From NCBI GenBank assembly GCA_964016885.1, contig OZ024741.1, positions 225,432,001 through 225,496,000 on the forward strand: a DNA stretch of 64,000 nt. The letters run 5' to 3'. The notes under the pieces were generated by a model. That model was not told the origin of the DNA, did no database searches, and worked only from the letters and a program-made list of their open reading frames with translations. Below are positions 39,501 to 55,600 of this stretch, piece after piece. Numbering within the stretch: the first letter of the stretch is position 1; each line of letters starts with the position of its first letter. The position numbers and the translations under genes were made by a program. Source of the DNA: Eledone cirrhosa. Its lineage: Eukaryota.

Positions 39501-40463
39501 GTTGGAATTTAGTTTTTTTTACCCTGGATATTATTCGGCGGGGCTATTGGAGAGACATGGACTACCAAATTTGAACGTTTCGATTCGTTTTCTGGTGCTA
39601 TACTAATATTGACTCCTCGCTGCCTGGTCAAATAAAAAGAAATAGAAAAGTACAGGTGTTTCCACATCTGATTGAATTATTGCGTATTTACTGAACAGAA
39701 ACTATATGTGTATGGCATATCTTGAATTGTATAGGTAGGGGCCGATGGAAGCTAAATGAAATACCATTCAAGTGAAAATAAAAAGTGGTTTAAAAGGGAG
39801 AAAAAGTGGACCAGTGGACCAGCATGCCCAAACACACACCACAACAAAGGGCATTGGAGTTTCCCACTTATAATTGTTGCAACAAACCAACACATTAGTA
39901 GCATTGTTGTGGGGGATAGCGAGGCTAAGATGCTAGAATAACCAAGCACCGTCGCGAGGATGTAACACCTGATACATCGGTAAGAGGAGCCGCCAGCATG
40001 GGCAAAAACCTCCCAGCTGCCCGAAACGTCCCGGACACCACAGACTGAAAAAAAAAAAAAAATAGCTTGCCGATAATTTCTGTATTTTAAAATCTTATTC
40101 CGTTTAACTACGGATGTAGTGGCCTTCACCTTCGCCGCAACACTCAGGATATGGGAAAGAGGTAATTACTCGTTCCTCGGGGAAGCAATAACTATGTCAG
40201 TGTTTAAATGTCAAGAGATTACTCAATATATAGATGAAGTGAATAGTAGCAATGTGGAATCAAGTGAACGCTAACTGCATATTGATGTCATTCAGTGTGT
40301 ATTATATAGACAGCCTCAAGTTCCTCTCACAGCGAAACACTGCTAATATCAACTGCCTAGGGTATTGTTCTGCCATCTGAGCTGTGGTGAATAGTCCTGC
40401 TTTGTCATTGTCTGCTTTGGGAACAATTGAGAACGTCGACGTTGTGAGGTTGCTTTTGATAAT

Positions 40464-42920
<2,457 letters not shown>

Positions 42921-42984
42921 TTGCCACTCGTTCATATGCAACGCAATGTCACTGAAGGAAAAAATATATTATAACTAATTGACG

Positions 42985-44205
42985 CACACAGACCCCCCCC
43001 CCCCACACACACAGAGACACACACACATATACCCCCACACACAGAGACACACACACATACACCCCCACACACAGAGACACACACACAGACCCCCCACACA
43101 CAGAGACACACACACAGACCCCCCCACACACAGAGACACACACAGAGACCCCCCCACACACACACAGATCCCCACACACAGAGACACACACACAGACCCC
43201 CCCCACACACAGAGACACACATACAGACTCCCCCCACACACACAGAGACACACACACAGACCCCCCACACACAGAGACACACACACAGACCCCCCACACA
43301 CAGAGACACACACACAGACCCCCCGCACACAGAGACACACACACAGGACCCCACACACAGAGACAGACACACAGACCCCCCCCACACACACACACACATA
43401 GCCCCCCACAGACCCCCCCGACACACAGACCCCCCCGACACACAGAGACACAGACACAGAGCCCCTACACACAGAGACACACACACAGACCCCCCACATA
43501 CACAGAGGCACACACACAAACCCCCCACACAAAGAGAGACCCCCTACACACACACACACATACCTCCCACACACAGAGAGACACAAACGGACCCCCCCCC
43601 CCACAACAGACCCCCCACACACAGAGAGACACACACACAGACCCCCCACACACACAGAAGAGACACACACACAGACCCCCACACACAGTGAGACACACAC
43701 GGACCCCCCACACACACAGCCCCCCCCCCACAGAGAGACCCCCACCACCACCACACACACACAGACACCCCCACACACAGAGAGACACACACGAACCCCA
43801 CACGCACACATACCCTCCACACACAGAGATACACACACAGACCCCCCACACACACACAGAAACACACACACACACAGAGACACACACACATACCCCCCAC
43901 ATACATACCCCCCCAGACCCTCCACACTCATATACCCCCCACATACCCCTCACACACAGACCCCCCCACACACAGACCATCCACACACACAGACCCCCCA
44001 CACGCAGACCCCCCACACACAGACCCCTCACATACCTCCCACACCAGATCCCCCACACACAGACCCCCCACACGCAGACGCCCCACACACAGACCCCACA
44101 CAGACCTCCCCACACAGCCCTACACACAGACGCCCCACACAGACCCCCCAGACACAGACACCCCACACTGAGACCCCCCCCCCCCACATACAGACCCCCA
44201 CACAC
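42985..44205. repeat. C/A-rich minisatellite, ~26-28-bp unit ACACACAGAGACACACACACAGACCCCCC
   Basis: Direct inspection; unit degenerates to ~18 bp at the right end. Confidence 0.9.
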
Positions 44206-44311
44206 ATATAAAGGCACAAACATACATATGCACACACATCTTCATTATGTGTGTGTGCGTGCGTAAGTACGTGCATACACTCACACCCACAACCTCCCAT
44301 TGCATATGTAT

Positions 44312-44514
44312 ATATATATATAACGCAACATATGTATATATATATAACGCAACATATGTATATATAACACAACATATGTATATATATATAACGCAACATA
44401 TGTCTATATATATAACGCAACATATATATATATAACGCAACATATGTATATATATATAACGTAACATATGTATATATATATAACGCAAAATATGTATATA
44501 TATAAAACGCAACA
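44312..44514. repeat. Minisatellite TATATAACGCAACATATG
   Basis: About 9 copies. Confidence 0.9.
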
Positions 44515-45533
44515 TCCCATACTGCCTAGCCAGAAGAATTTGTACCATTGTAGAAGATACGAATACCAGGAACAAACGCCTAACAGAAATAAGAGAATTT
44601 TTGCTCAAACAAAAATACCTATCTCTACTTATAGAAAATGACATACAGCGGGCTATAAAAATATCTATACAACTTAGGACAACCCAAGGAAGAAGAAACC
44701 AAGAACTGGTCATACCATTTATAATGACACACAACCCATGTCACTAGAATATCTTCAACACTGTCAAAGCAAACCTACCGATCATTGCTCAAAGTAATGA
44801 ATTAAAAGGTTTAATCACAGACCGATCTTTGACTCTTAGTAAAAGACAGCCGAAAAATTTGAAGTAATTACTAACAAAGGCAAAGTTTGACCTTAACAAC
44901 AAAGACCAATCATTCACTGTATCTAAATGCAATGATAGTCGATGTGGCACATGTCAATCCATACACACTGGTCAATATATGAAAACAAAAACTGGAAAAA
45001 TATTCCCAAATGCAAATATGAACTGCAAATCAGAAATCTAATTTACTGCATTAAATGCCCGAATTGTGAAGAACTATATGTCGGTCAAACTGGAAATACA
45101 CTATCGGAACGTGCACGGGTACACCGTCAGCAAATCAGAGACCCAAATGTCCGTCAGATACCCCTAAGTAACCATCTAGCAACATGTGGTCAGGTAATAT
45201 TTATAATATTCCCATTCTACAAATTACACAGCCCAAGTGAAATCAAGAGAAAAATCAAAGAAAAGAATTTTATTGATAAATTCAAACCCAAGCTAAATGA
45301 ACAATAATAACGCTTAGCGGTATTACTTCTACTATGACTATGACTACGACCATGTCGACTACGACCACTAACAACAACAACAACAACAATAATAATAATA
45401 ATAAAAGTGATGTTGATGGTGATGATTACTAGAAAATGCTATTTTCATCATTTCTAAAAATAGCAAAACAATTGATGCTTTGGATAGGATCAATTAGTGG
45501 TCGTTAGACATGCTCAACCAACCGTGACGCTTA

Positions 45534-45633
45534 AACCAATCAGCTTTAGTAATTCAGTGAAACTACACACCGATTGGTCGAAATACAGTTTGCAAGATTT
45601 AGCATTCTGGAGCCACTTTTCACTGTATATAAG
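45534..45633 (+). promoter_or_regulatory. Putative Pol II promoter of PLE terminal repeat (CCAAT, inverted CCAAT, TATA)
   Basis: AACCAATCAG at 45534, GATTGG at ~45572, TATATAAG at ~45626, ~65 nt upstream of the HHR. Confidence 0.45.
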
Positions 45634-45695
45634 GTACAAAATTTACCCATCTCATTACAGTTGAAAATTGCAAACTTGACTGTCAGCACACATTA

Positions 45696-45734
45696 TGAAC
45701 CTGAAGATTGCGAAAGCATGAAAGTACTTGTTCA
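45696..45734 (+). ncRNA. Minimal type I hammerhead ribozyme
   Basis: tgaac-CTGAAGA-t-tgc-gaaa-gca-t-GAAAG-ta-CTT-gttca; palindromic AAGTACTT. Confidence 0.75.
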
Positions 45735-45936
45735 ATTAACACTTATCATTTAATATTCTATCATTATAATATATTTCATTATAATATATATAATATATAT
45801 CATTATAATATATTTCATTATAATACCATTATAAATTTTAAAGGATTGTAAATAAAACGAGTAAATCAGACAAAGTTGAAATTCCTCTTATTAATATATA
45901 ATCTTCTATACACAATCATACACACCCGTGTATATG

Positions 45937-46023
<87 letters not shown>

Positions 46024-46084
46024 TTATCTATCTATCTATATATATATATATATATATATAAATATATTTATATTTGTATATATA

Positions 46085-46146
<62 letters not shown>

Positions 46147-46195
46147 TATTTATATATATATATATATATACACACATATATATATATACACACAC

Positions 46196-46274
<79 letters not shown>

Positions 46275-46322
46275 TATGCATATATATATATGTATATATA
46301 CATATGTATATATAAATATATG

Positions 46323-46377
<55 letters not shown>

Positions 46378-46881
46378 ATATATACACGCACGTGTGTCTA
46401 AGTGTGTGTGTATATATGGATACGTACTTAAATATACGCTCATATGTGTGTACAGTAACACATAAATCAATCCAGTTCTCAACAACCTTTTCCTGCGAGG
46501 ACGTGCGTGTGCTCCTGCGTCTGTGTGCATGTGTCTATGTGTGTTTGTATGTGTGCATGTGTATGTGTATGTATGTGTATGTGTGTGTGTGTGTGTGTAC
46601 GCGCTTTAGTTCTTGTGTGTGTGTATGTCTCGTTAAGTGAATTCTCTGGTATATTTTATAGTAACTTACAAATAATAGATTCCCGCTTTCATCTTTTATA
46701 AAATTCCTATCCATATTTTTTCTCTCTCATATATTCCAATACAATTTACTCAGCTTCAGACTTGCCTCTTTTGCACTTATTGTGTAACATGTATATGTAT
46801 GTATATGTGTATTATCTTTCTTTCTCTCTCTCGCCCCCCCCCACTCTCTCTCTCTCCTTCTCTTTCTCCACACATATACAT

Positions 46882-46927
<46 letters not shown>

Positions 46928-47016
46928 TGTATACATACATACATTCATACATACATACATACATGCATTTATTCTTACATACATTCAAAGATATAAATAT
47001 ACATGTATACACACGC

Positions 47017-47100
<84 letters not shown>

Positions 47101-47386
47101 TCTGTGTGTGTATGTATGTACATATATATGCGTGTGTTTGTGAAAGCGTTTGTATGGATGTTTGAAAGAGCCTATACTTGTTCGTGAGAGGGGGGAGAGT
47201 TAGAAAGAGAAAAACAGAATGAGAAAACATGTTTGCGTATACGCATATCTGTATATGTGTGCATGTATGTATGTGTCTATGAACCACCGAGTGTGTATTT
47301 CTCTGAATATTGTAGTGGCAATATTCAAAAGCATTTGAAAAGTTTTGGCATAGATTACAAGTATGTATTGGCGAAAATATGCATTG

Positions 47387-47459
<73 letters not shown>

Positions 47460-47461
47460 CA

Positions 47462-47490
47462 TACTTGAGTGTGTTTTTGTGTGTGTAAGA

Positions 47491-47525
<35 letters not shown>

Positions 47526-47552
47526 CTTGAGTGTGTTTTTGTGTGTGTAAGA

Positions 47553-47644
<92 letters not shown>

Positions 47645-47670
47645 TTGAGTGTGTTTTTGTGTGTGTAAGA

Positions 47671-47709
<39 letters not shown>

Positions 47710-47734
47710 CTTGAGTGTGTTTTTGTGTGTGTAA

Positions 47735-47786
<52 letters not shown>

Positions 47787-47810
47787 TTGAGTGTGTTTTT
47801 GTGTGTGTAA

Positions 47811-47856
<46 letters not shown>

Positions 47857-47885
47857 TTGTGTGAATGTGTGAGTGTAAGAGTATG
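47462..47885. repeat. Minisatellite TACTTGAGTGTGTTTTTGTGTGTGTAAGAA separated by variable (TA)n
   Basis: 5 near-identical copies plus 1 degenerate copy. Confidence 0.9.
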
Positions 47886-48183
47886 TATATGTACCCATAT
47901 ATTTATGTATGTATATATATGTATATATGTATGAACGTCTGTATGTGTATCAAAACAACTAGACCATATCATAATACTGCAAATATACCACACACATTCA
48001 AGACTACAACAAACAAAAAAATAACACTCTAGCACCAACTGAAGTAGCTATGACATGATTAAAAGACTCATAGTGAGACATATATATGTTTAATATACAT
48101 CATCATATCGTATATGCCGCCATATACACTTCTATTATGAATCATGTTATGTTAGTGCTAGTGTGAATCACGTTGTCTAAGTT

Positions 48184-48330
48184 AAGGCCCTTTACAGTCT
48201 GAGTTCAAATCCCACCGAGGTTAACTTTGCCTTTCATCGATAAAATAATGTACCAGTAATTCACTGGGGTAGATTTAATCGACTATCCTCTCTCCCACAA
48301 TTGTTGGCCTTGTGCCAAAATCATAAACTA
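48184..48330 (+). mobile_element. Partial SINE family A relative
   Basis: GAGTTCAAATCCCACCGAGGTTAACTTTGCCTTTCATC. Confidence 0.75.
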
Positions 48331-48339
48331 TTATTTTAT

Positions 48340-50108
48340 ACATTTTCAATAATAAAGAGAACCGGTTTCTAACATAGAAACAGGACTCTTTCATTGGAAT
48401 TTAGTCAGCATCAACTAAGTAAATATTTATGTACGTCTGTATGTGTTTGTTTGTGTGTACATGATTGTGTGTGCAGATATGGATGTTATTGCATGTGTGG
48501 ATTTGTATGTTTTTAGTTATATGTACACACGGGCATATGTTTATGTAGCTATACATGTGTATATGCAGTTATTACACGCCAACTTTTTGAAATGCTTTAC
48601 ATATTTTACAGTTCCATTAATGAACTGTACTTGCAACTTCCTAACTGGCCATGCACTTTCTGTCTTGAGAAGCCCAGCTTCTCAAGATTTGTACTAAGGC
48701 GCTTTAATAACATATCCAAGCGCCTCAAAAACGATCACAGCTACAATTCTAAAGGTTTTATCAGAGTTGAGTAACTGCAGATTTCCCGTTATTTCGTTTT
48801 CCTTTTTACTAATCTTTAGCATTATATCATCTGGGCAGCTGATTTCCACTTCTGTGCATGCCTTCATTTCTCTGTCCCATATCACTCTGTCTGGTCTGTT
48901 ATGTTTACATTTTATTGGGGTTTTGATTGGAACATTTCATCTGTACTCATTCATATTATGTATGCATATGCCTTCCACATCACTGTAACTTTTCATATGT
49001 TTATTCCCAAGACTATCATTTCTACGGATTGCATTGTATAATGTTTTGGCTACTGCATCATGTCTCATAGGCAGATAGTATCATGATGATATCTTTGGAT
49101 GGCTGCTTATGACGTGGGTGAGATCCTCGATATTTATTCCGCAGAATCTGCATCTGTTGTCACATATAAGTATTTTGCCTGCATTCCTATCTCTTTTGTG
49201 AATCAGGTATTTTGTTGTTATTTCTTATTCTTGGATTACAAAAGAGTTCCGGCAACATAGACATGAATGATGTTTTTACTGATAAACATGCAGATTTTCA
49301 TCCATGGTTTCATTACGGTTTTGCTGTGCAATTTCTCTGGGTGTGTTTTTAGATATCTTTCAAGGAGCATCTATGAAGGAGCTCTTTCCTAACTCTCATG
49401 ATATTATCTGCTTCATGTATACAGGCTTGTTCATTAGATGGGCTTCTACTGTGGTTCATAAATGTCGGAGGTATATAATGCGAAACATAAATGCCGTTTG
49501 GATTGATGTTAACCCTCTGCCCCCCCTCCCCCTGTTTATACTTCATGTAGAGGCAATCTTTATTGCTGTTGATGTGGAAATTTCCGGTACCCATTAGAAA
49601 CTTTTGGGTTTTAACATCAATTACTTGGATCTCATCTACCGACTAGTACTTCATATGTTGCTATCAGCACAGGGACAGCAAACACATTGTGGGCCCCTAA
49701 TTTATTGTGCACAGAGAGTTCCGAACACCTTATTTTTCTTAGTCGCGTGTTATATTCTCTGGTTACTCGTTTCATGTTACAAATTCTATCATAGGATATA
49801 CAGGGTGTCGCCAAAAATGAATACATACTTCAACAGCATTCTAATGAATATTGCCTGTACAAGTGATCAAAGTGTATGTACATTTTTGGGGGGCACCCTG
49901 TATTTCCATCTATACTTTAGTATCTGTAGCAGTTCTCCCAATATACCAGTGAAGAAGTCAGGCCATTGATAGAGGTATTGCTAGATTCTCATCTAGTTTT
50001 TCGTCGTTTTACAATCATAAAGGAACGTTTGTCCTGGTCAAACCCCATTCCTATATCTTTCGAGAACGTCGTAATCAGGTCAAGGTTTTTCTTCATACCA
50101 TTTATATT
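48340..50108 (-). mobile_element. R4/Dong-like RLE LINE, decayed 3' part (copy A)
   Basis: RPDRVIWDREMKACTEVEISCP RLE-type motif; MKKNLDLITTFSKDIGMGF thumb; 3' UTR shared with copies B and C. Confidence 0.82.
49801..49900. mobile_element. 100-bp Tc1/mariner-type MITE with TA TSD
   Basis: TA-CAGGGTGTCGCCAAAAATG...CATTTTTGGGGGGCACCCTG-TA, inside LINE copy A. Confidence 0.85.
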
Positions 50109-50122
50109 CATATGTATGTATG

Positions 50123-52535
50123 TTCTTCTGGTTTTACCAATAGAGAGAGAGTCGGTTTCTAACCTAAACACAAGACTCTCTCATTGGAATTTACACAACA
50201 TCAACTAGGTAGATTATGTATGTATGCATGCATGTGTAGATATGGATGTTACTGTATGTGTGGATGTGTATGTTTTGAGTTGTATATGTGCATGTGTATA
50301 TGCTTTGCATCTGTACATGTGTATATGCAGTTAATGGATGTAACATTTTTGGAATGTTTTTCATATTTTTACTGTTCCATTAATGGATTGTACTTGTAAT
50401 TTCCTAACTAGTTGTGTTCTTTCTGTTCCTGTGAAGCCTAGCTTCTCAAGATTTGTATTGAGGCAGTTACTAACATACCCCAGTGCCCCAATAATCACAA
50501 GCATAAATCTGATGGTGTAATCAGGGTGGAGTATCTGCACATTTCTCATCAGTTCTGCATAAATATTCTCCTTTTCACTAATCTTTGATATTATATTGGC
50601 ATCTGCTGGGCAGCTAATTTCCACTACTGTGCATGCTTTCTTCTCCCTGTCCAATATCATAATGCCTGCATTTTATTGGGGTTTTTACTGGAACATTCCA
50701 CCAGTACTCTTTCATATTATGTACATGGATGTCTTCCACATTGCTGTAGCTTTTAATGTGTTTATTATCGGAGCTATCTTTTTTACGAACTGCATTGTAC
50801 AGTGTTTTGGCCAGTACATCATGCCTCATAGGTAGATAGTACCGCGATGACATCTTTGGACAGCTGCTGATGACATGGGTAATATCCTCGATGTTAGTTC
50901 TGCAGAGTCTTCACTTGTTATCACATCTAGGTGTTTTGCCTGCATCCCTATCTCTTTTGTGAATCAGGTATTTCGTGTTAATCTCCTGTTCCTGGATTGC
51001 AAAAGCGTATCCTTCAAAGTGGGAACCAATATAGCGGTTGTTGGTCCAAGATAGACTACTTTCCTTATCTATATTACTCTCACTCTGGACTTCCTGGCAA
51101 CATATCCATGCATGATTTTTTGCTGATAGGCATGCAGTTTTTCATCTTATTCGTTTCATCTTATCCGTTTCATGCAGATAGACTTGCTCGAGAAACGGGC
51201 TCCTACGCTTCGAGGTTCGTAGATGTTGTCAGAGAGATATGATGCGACATTCAAATGCTGTCTGGACTGATGTTAGGCCTCTGCCTCCCTGCTTAAGTTT
51301 TCAAGTAAAGGCGGTCTATGTCACTGTTGATGTGGAGGTCTCCGTTGTTGTTCAGTATTTTTCGATTCCGACATCAACTGCTCGGATTTCGTCTATCGTC
51401 CAATTGAGTATTCCAAACGTTGGTGTTAGGACAGGCACAGTAAACACATTATGAGCCACTGTTTTGTTTTACGCAGAGAGTTCCGATGACCAGATCTTTC
51501 TTAATCGGGTGTAGTATTCCCTGGTTACGCGTTCTTTATTACAGATACCATTATTGGATATGTTCTAATCTATCCCCAGGTATCATTAACAGTCCTCATC
51601 AGATATCGGTGAAACAGTTAGGCTATTGATGACAATGTTGCTAGATTGGGTTGTTGTTTTTCCCCGCTTTACAGTCACGTATGAGCCTTTATCTTGGCCA
51701 AACTCCATTCCTATATCCTTCGAGAAAGTTGTAACCAGGTCAAGATTTTTCTTCATCCCATCCATGTTCTTGGCATAGAGTTTCAGATCATCTACAAAGA
51801 AATTATAGGTTAGGTTCGTATTTCTGTCCTCCTGTGAGCCAATGATGTATCGCTCACAGAATCCCTTGAGCAGAAAGGACAAGGGGTTTAATGACATTAT
51901 GAGTAATATCACAGAGAGACTGTCCCCCTGAAATATACCCCTGCAATATTTTATTTTATTTTATCAGTGAAAATAGAGTCCTCCCTTTCTGTCTTTAACC
52001 TTAGGATAGGAGCCCAAGAAGAAGACAGCATCTCTATGGCTCTGACAATAATGTCTGGGACTTTAGCAAGTTGGAGGGCCTCTATCATCCAAGAGTGGGG
52101 AACAGAATCGAAAGCTTTCTTGTAGTCCAGCCAGACTGTAATCGTATTCCTCCTAAGTTGTCGAAGCTCCGACATCGCAGTTTTGTTGATTAGGAGTTGT
52201 TCAGCACATCCCCAAACCCTTTTCTTTCCAGCTGCTTGTTCATCTGTGATGATGTTATTATTTTCACAGTGATCTTGGAGGAATAGGTTCAGGCAGGCTG
52301 TATACATCTTATACATCAGTTTCTGGCATGCAATGGGTCGGTAGTTTTTTGCCAAGTGGGTGTCTTTGTTCTTGGGGACCAGTAATGTTTGTGCTAATGT
52401 CAACCATCCTGGTATAAGTGTATCTCCCTTAAGAACTTTTTGGTAGAGTTCAGTAAGATACCTCCGATAGAATATCAGTTTTTTGTACCAGTAGCTCAGT
52501 GCACAGTCTTTCCCCACTTTAAAAATATTCGTCAC
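50123..52535 (-). mobile_element. R4/Dong-like RLE LINE (copy B: RT, CCHC/RHD, RLE)
   Basis: NYRPIAC, WLDYKKAFDSVPHSW, FFVDDLKLY, RHDVLAK, ILDREKKACTVVEISCP..EKENIY..IIGALG. Confidence 0.9.
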
Positions 52536-52556
52536 GCACAGGCATTTATTAATAGT

Positions 52557-52612
<56 letters not shown>

Positions 52613-55600
52613 GAATGCCATGGTTGACGGAGGCTCGGCTCTGTAAGGTATTGTAAATTTTGACCGCTATAACAATTGTAAATTGTTTAAAATTTTAACC
52701 AAATTGTAGACAAAAACACCCTCATCCTCGTGAGAGGGGTCTTTCTGCCCGTTATTTGGCCCTTCGGGGTTAAATAACCGCTTATTGGGGTTTTGTGCCC
52801 AATATTTATTTTAAACCAAAAAGAAACATGGCTACGAAAAAGAATTTTCACAAGTCACTCCCACTCATTCCGTCTTCTTCTTCCTCGATCGTCACTACAG
52901 CAGAGAGAAGATTGTCTCTCTCCCTCCCTTCTCTAAATGTGTCTCTCTCCCTCCCTTATCTTTCGCAAGCGACGCCAGTAAAGAAAAATAGTTTACAAAA
53001 TCACGTGAAAAACATGGAACATTTCTCAACGACGACGACAACGACGAAAAAGGTGTGCGGTAAATACGAAAACCCATTTCATTCGTCTGACGTCATGAAT
53101 AATAGCATTAGCAGCCGTAATAACAGCACCAGCAGCAACAGTGACAAGGAAAACAACAGTAGCAGCCGCAACAGCATCAGCAGCAGCATAAACAACAACA
53201 GCATTAGCAGCAACAGCAACAACAACAGCAGCAGCAGCAGCAACAGCAACAACAACCACAGCAACAGCGGCGGCGGCAGTCGTAGTACCAGCAGAAACAA
53301 CAAAAGTAACAGCAGCTCTGACGACAACAACAACAACAACAAGAAAGAAAACCAATCTCGTTTGCAGGTATCGCAAAGAACCTGGAAACCATCCGTATAA
53401 CAAATGAGGAATTACAGGAAGCAAAGAAGATGGTGACGAAAACCGGACACCGAGCAATCTGCAAGGCAGCCGAAACCTTTTTCGAAACCCAACAGCACTG
53501 TACAGTCACGTACCGTACAGTAAGCACAACATCCTGTAGGGTTGAAAGAGTCACAGAGGCTCAAATACAAAAAGCCTTAGGGTCTGTGTGACAGCGTAAA
53601 ACGCATATCACCCGAGGCAAGAAATATGCCACCGTGGACGTGCTTTTTGCCACAACCCAGGAGACAAAGGCTCAATCCTTAGTGACCCTAAGGAGCGAGG
53701 AAATGGTGTTGGTGCCCTCCTACTGCGGATAAAATATTGTGAGGGTCAAACTGACCCACGCCCCCCCCCCCCCCCCCCCCCCCCGGGATGGCCCCTTTTG
53801 GCTGGCTGCGTCTGTCCTCGTCGGAATCGAGGACAAAACAACTGTACTGCAAGTACAGAAAAAAGTACGAGAAGATTGGGTCGGCACCTCCATTGAGATG
53901 TTAATCCAAACCAACCAGGAGTGCATCAAAGCTATCCCGGATGTGATAGACTTCGATAACGGCACTCAACTGTCCATAAGTGTTGAGGGCAAACGCCTGA
54001 AATGCTTTCGCTGTAGATCGAAGACTCACCTCAGGGCCTTCTGCAATGAGAAGACCCTGAGAAAGGAGAAAACCCCCTCCTTCCGAAACCGGCTCCACTG
54101 CTACCAACAACAGGACAGGCGGCAACCAGGAAGGATAGGTCCGTGGCACCTATGCCCAGGCCACGGAAATCAAGAACAGCAGCAGCAGTGGAAGTATTAA
54201 CAACAACAACAGCAATACCAACTAAAGCTGCAACAGAGACTCCACTGCAAACACCACCAACAACAACAAGTGAAAGTGTGGAGCTGGTACCCATCCCCGA
54301 CCTCACACAATCGGACATGGAGTGTGAGGTGAGGAGGGATGGCAAAAGGTCGCAAGAAGGCACAAACGCAGAAGCAGCGCATCGTCGCCTTCGAAAAGGG
54401 AGGAAAGAAACGAAAACAGGGTAAAGGCTACTGCAAAGAGACTTACAGCAGCAACACCACCCACACCATCACCACCCACACTAGCACCACCATCACCACC
54501 GAAGGCAACCTCACCGCCAACAATAACAACACCTTCAACACCACCACCACAAGCACCAACATCGCAAACACAACAAAACACACACACCCAGCAACAACGA
54601 CAAGAAAATAGCAGAACCACACCCCACCCCCAGAAAAACAAATGCACAGCAATAAATACACACAACAAGAAACTAATGACTTACATAATTGAACACACAG
54701 ACATTTCACAGCACGTCTACATAATACCAGCACCAATCAAAACACCAACGAACATAAGACTGGTACGAATAGCACAGAAACAATAGACAAACATTAAAAC
54801 GAAATTCCCCAACGCAGTTGGTGATTTCAGAGACCTAGGAGGGACTCTCAACCGGAGAGTATATTCGGATATACTCACAGAAGAGCCGACGACCAGCCGA
54901 ATGGACGATTCAACGGTCCCTTCACCAGACGATCAAGTGAAAAGGGATGGAGAAACCATCCTTCCTCTACGAGAAGTAAGGTAAGTGGTCTTTCCCATCT
55001 TTTCCACTCCATTTCAACATGACCTCACTCAGAATAGGCAGCATAAATGCGCGTGGCTTGGGGTCGTCATGGAAGCAGGGCCACCTGATCAACGACCCCA
55101 GATCACTAAACATAGATGTAGTGGCCATCAGCGAGAACAGAATCTCCGAAGCACGGGCCTTCGCACCGATCTCCGGCGGCTACGATGTGTACGCATCTCC
55201 CTGCCGTCCCGGATCGGGGAGTGGAGGTGCTGTGCTTTTTCGGAGAGGTTTGGATCTCGCCATACGGTCTATCTTCCTGGACCCAGAAGGTAAATTGGTG
55301 GTGCTGGACGTGACCAGCGGAGAAGGGCAAGCTTTCAGGCTAGTGGCCGTCTATGCCCCCACAGGAGCAGGGCGGCCTGATTTCTTCCGGCGTCTGGAGA
55401 CCTTTCTAGGAACGTCCCGCCCTTTAGTGTTAGTGGGCGACTGGAACGGGATCTTAGATGCACGCTGGGACTGTGTGGGATTAGCGGATAGGGGAGGAGG
55501 GTGCAAGAGCCTCACCAACCTGCTCAGGCGTTTTGAACTGTCTGACAGGTACCGATTGGATTTCCCGAATGTGCCAATGTGGACTTGGACAAATCGCATA

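Larger units (their letters stand above)
44515..45925 (+). mobile_element. 5'-truncated Neptune-like PLE (RT thumb, GIY-YIG, 3' terminal repeat with HHR)
   Basis: IPYCLARRICTIV; NLIYCIKCPNCEELYVGQTG..RARVHRQQI; FIDKFKPKLN. Confidence 0.88.
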
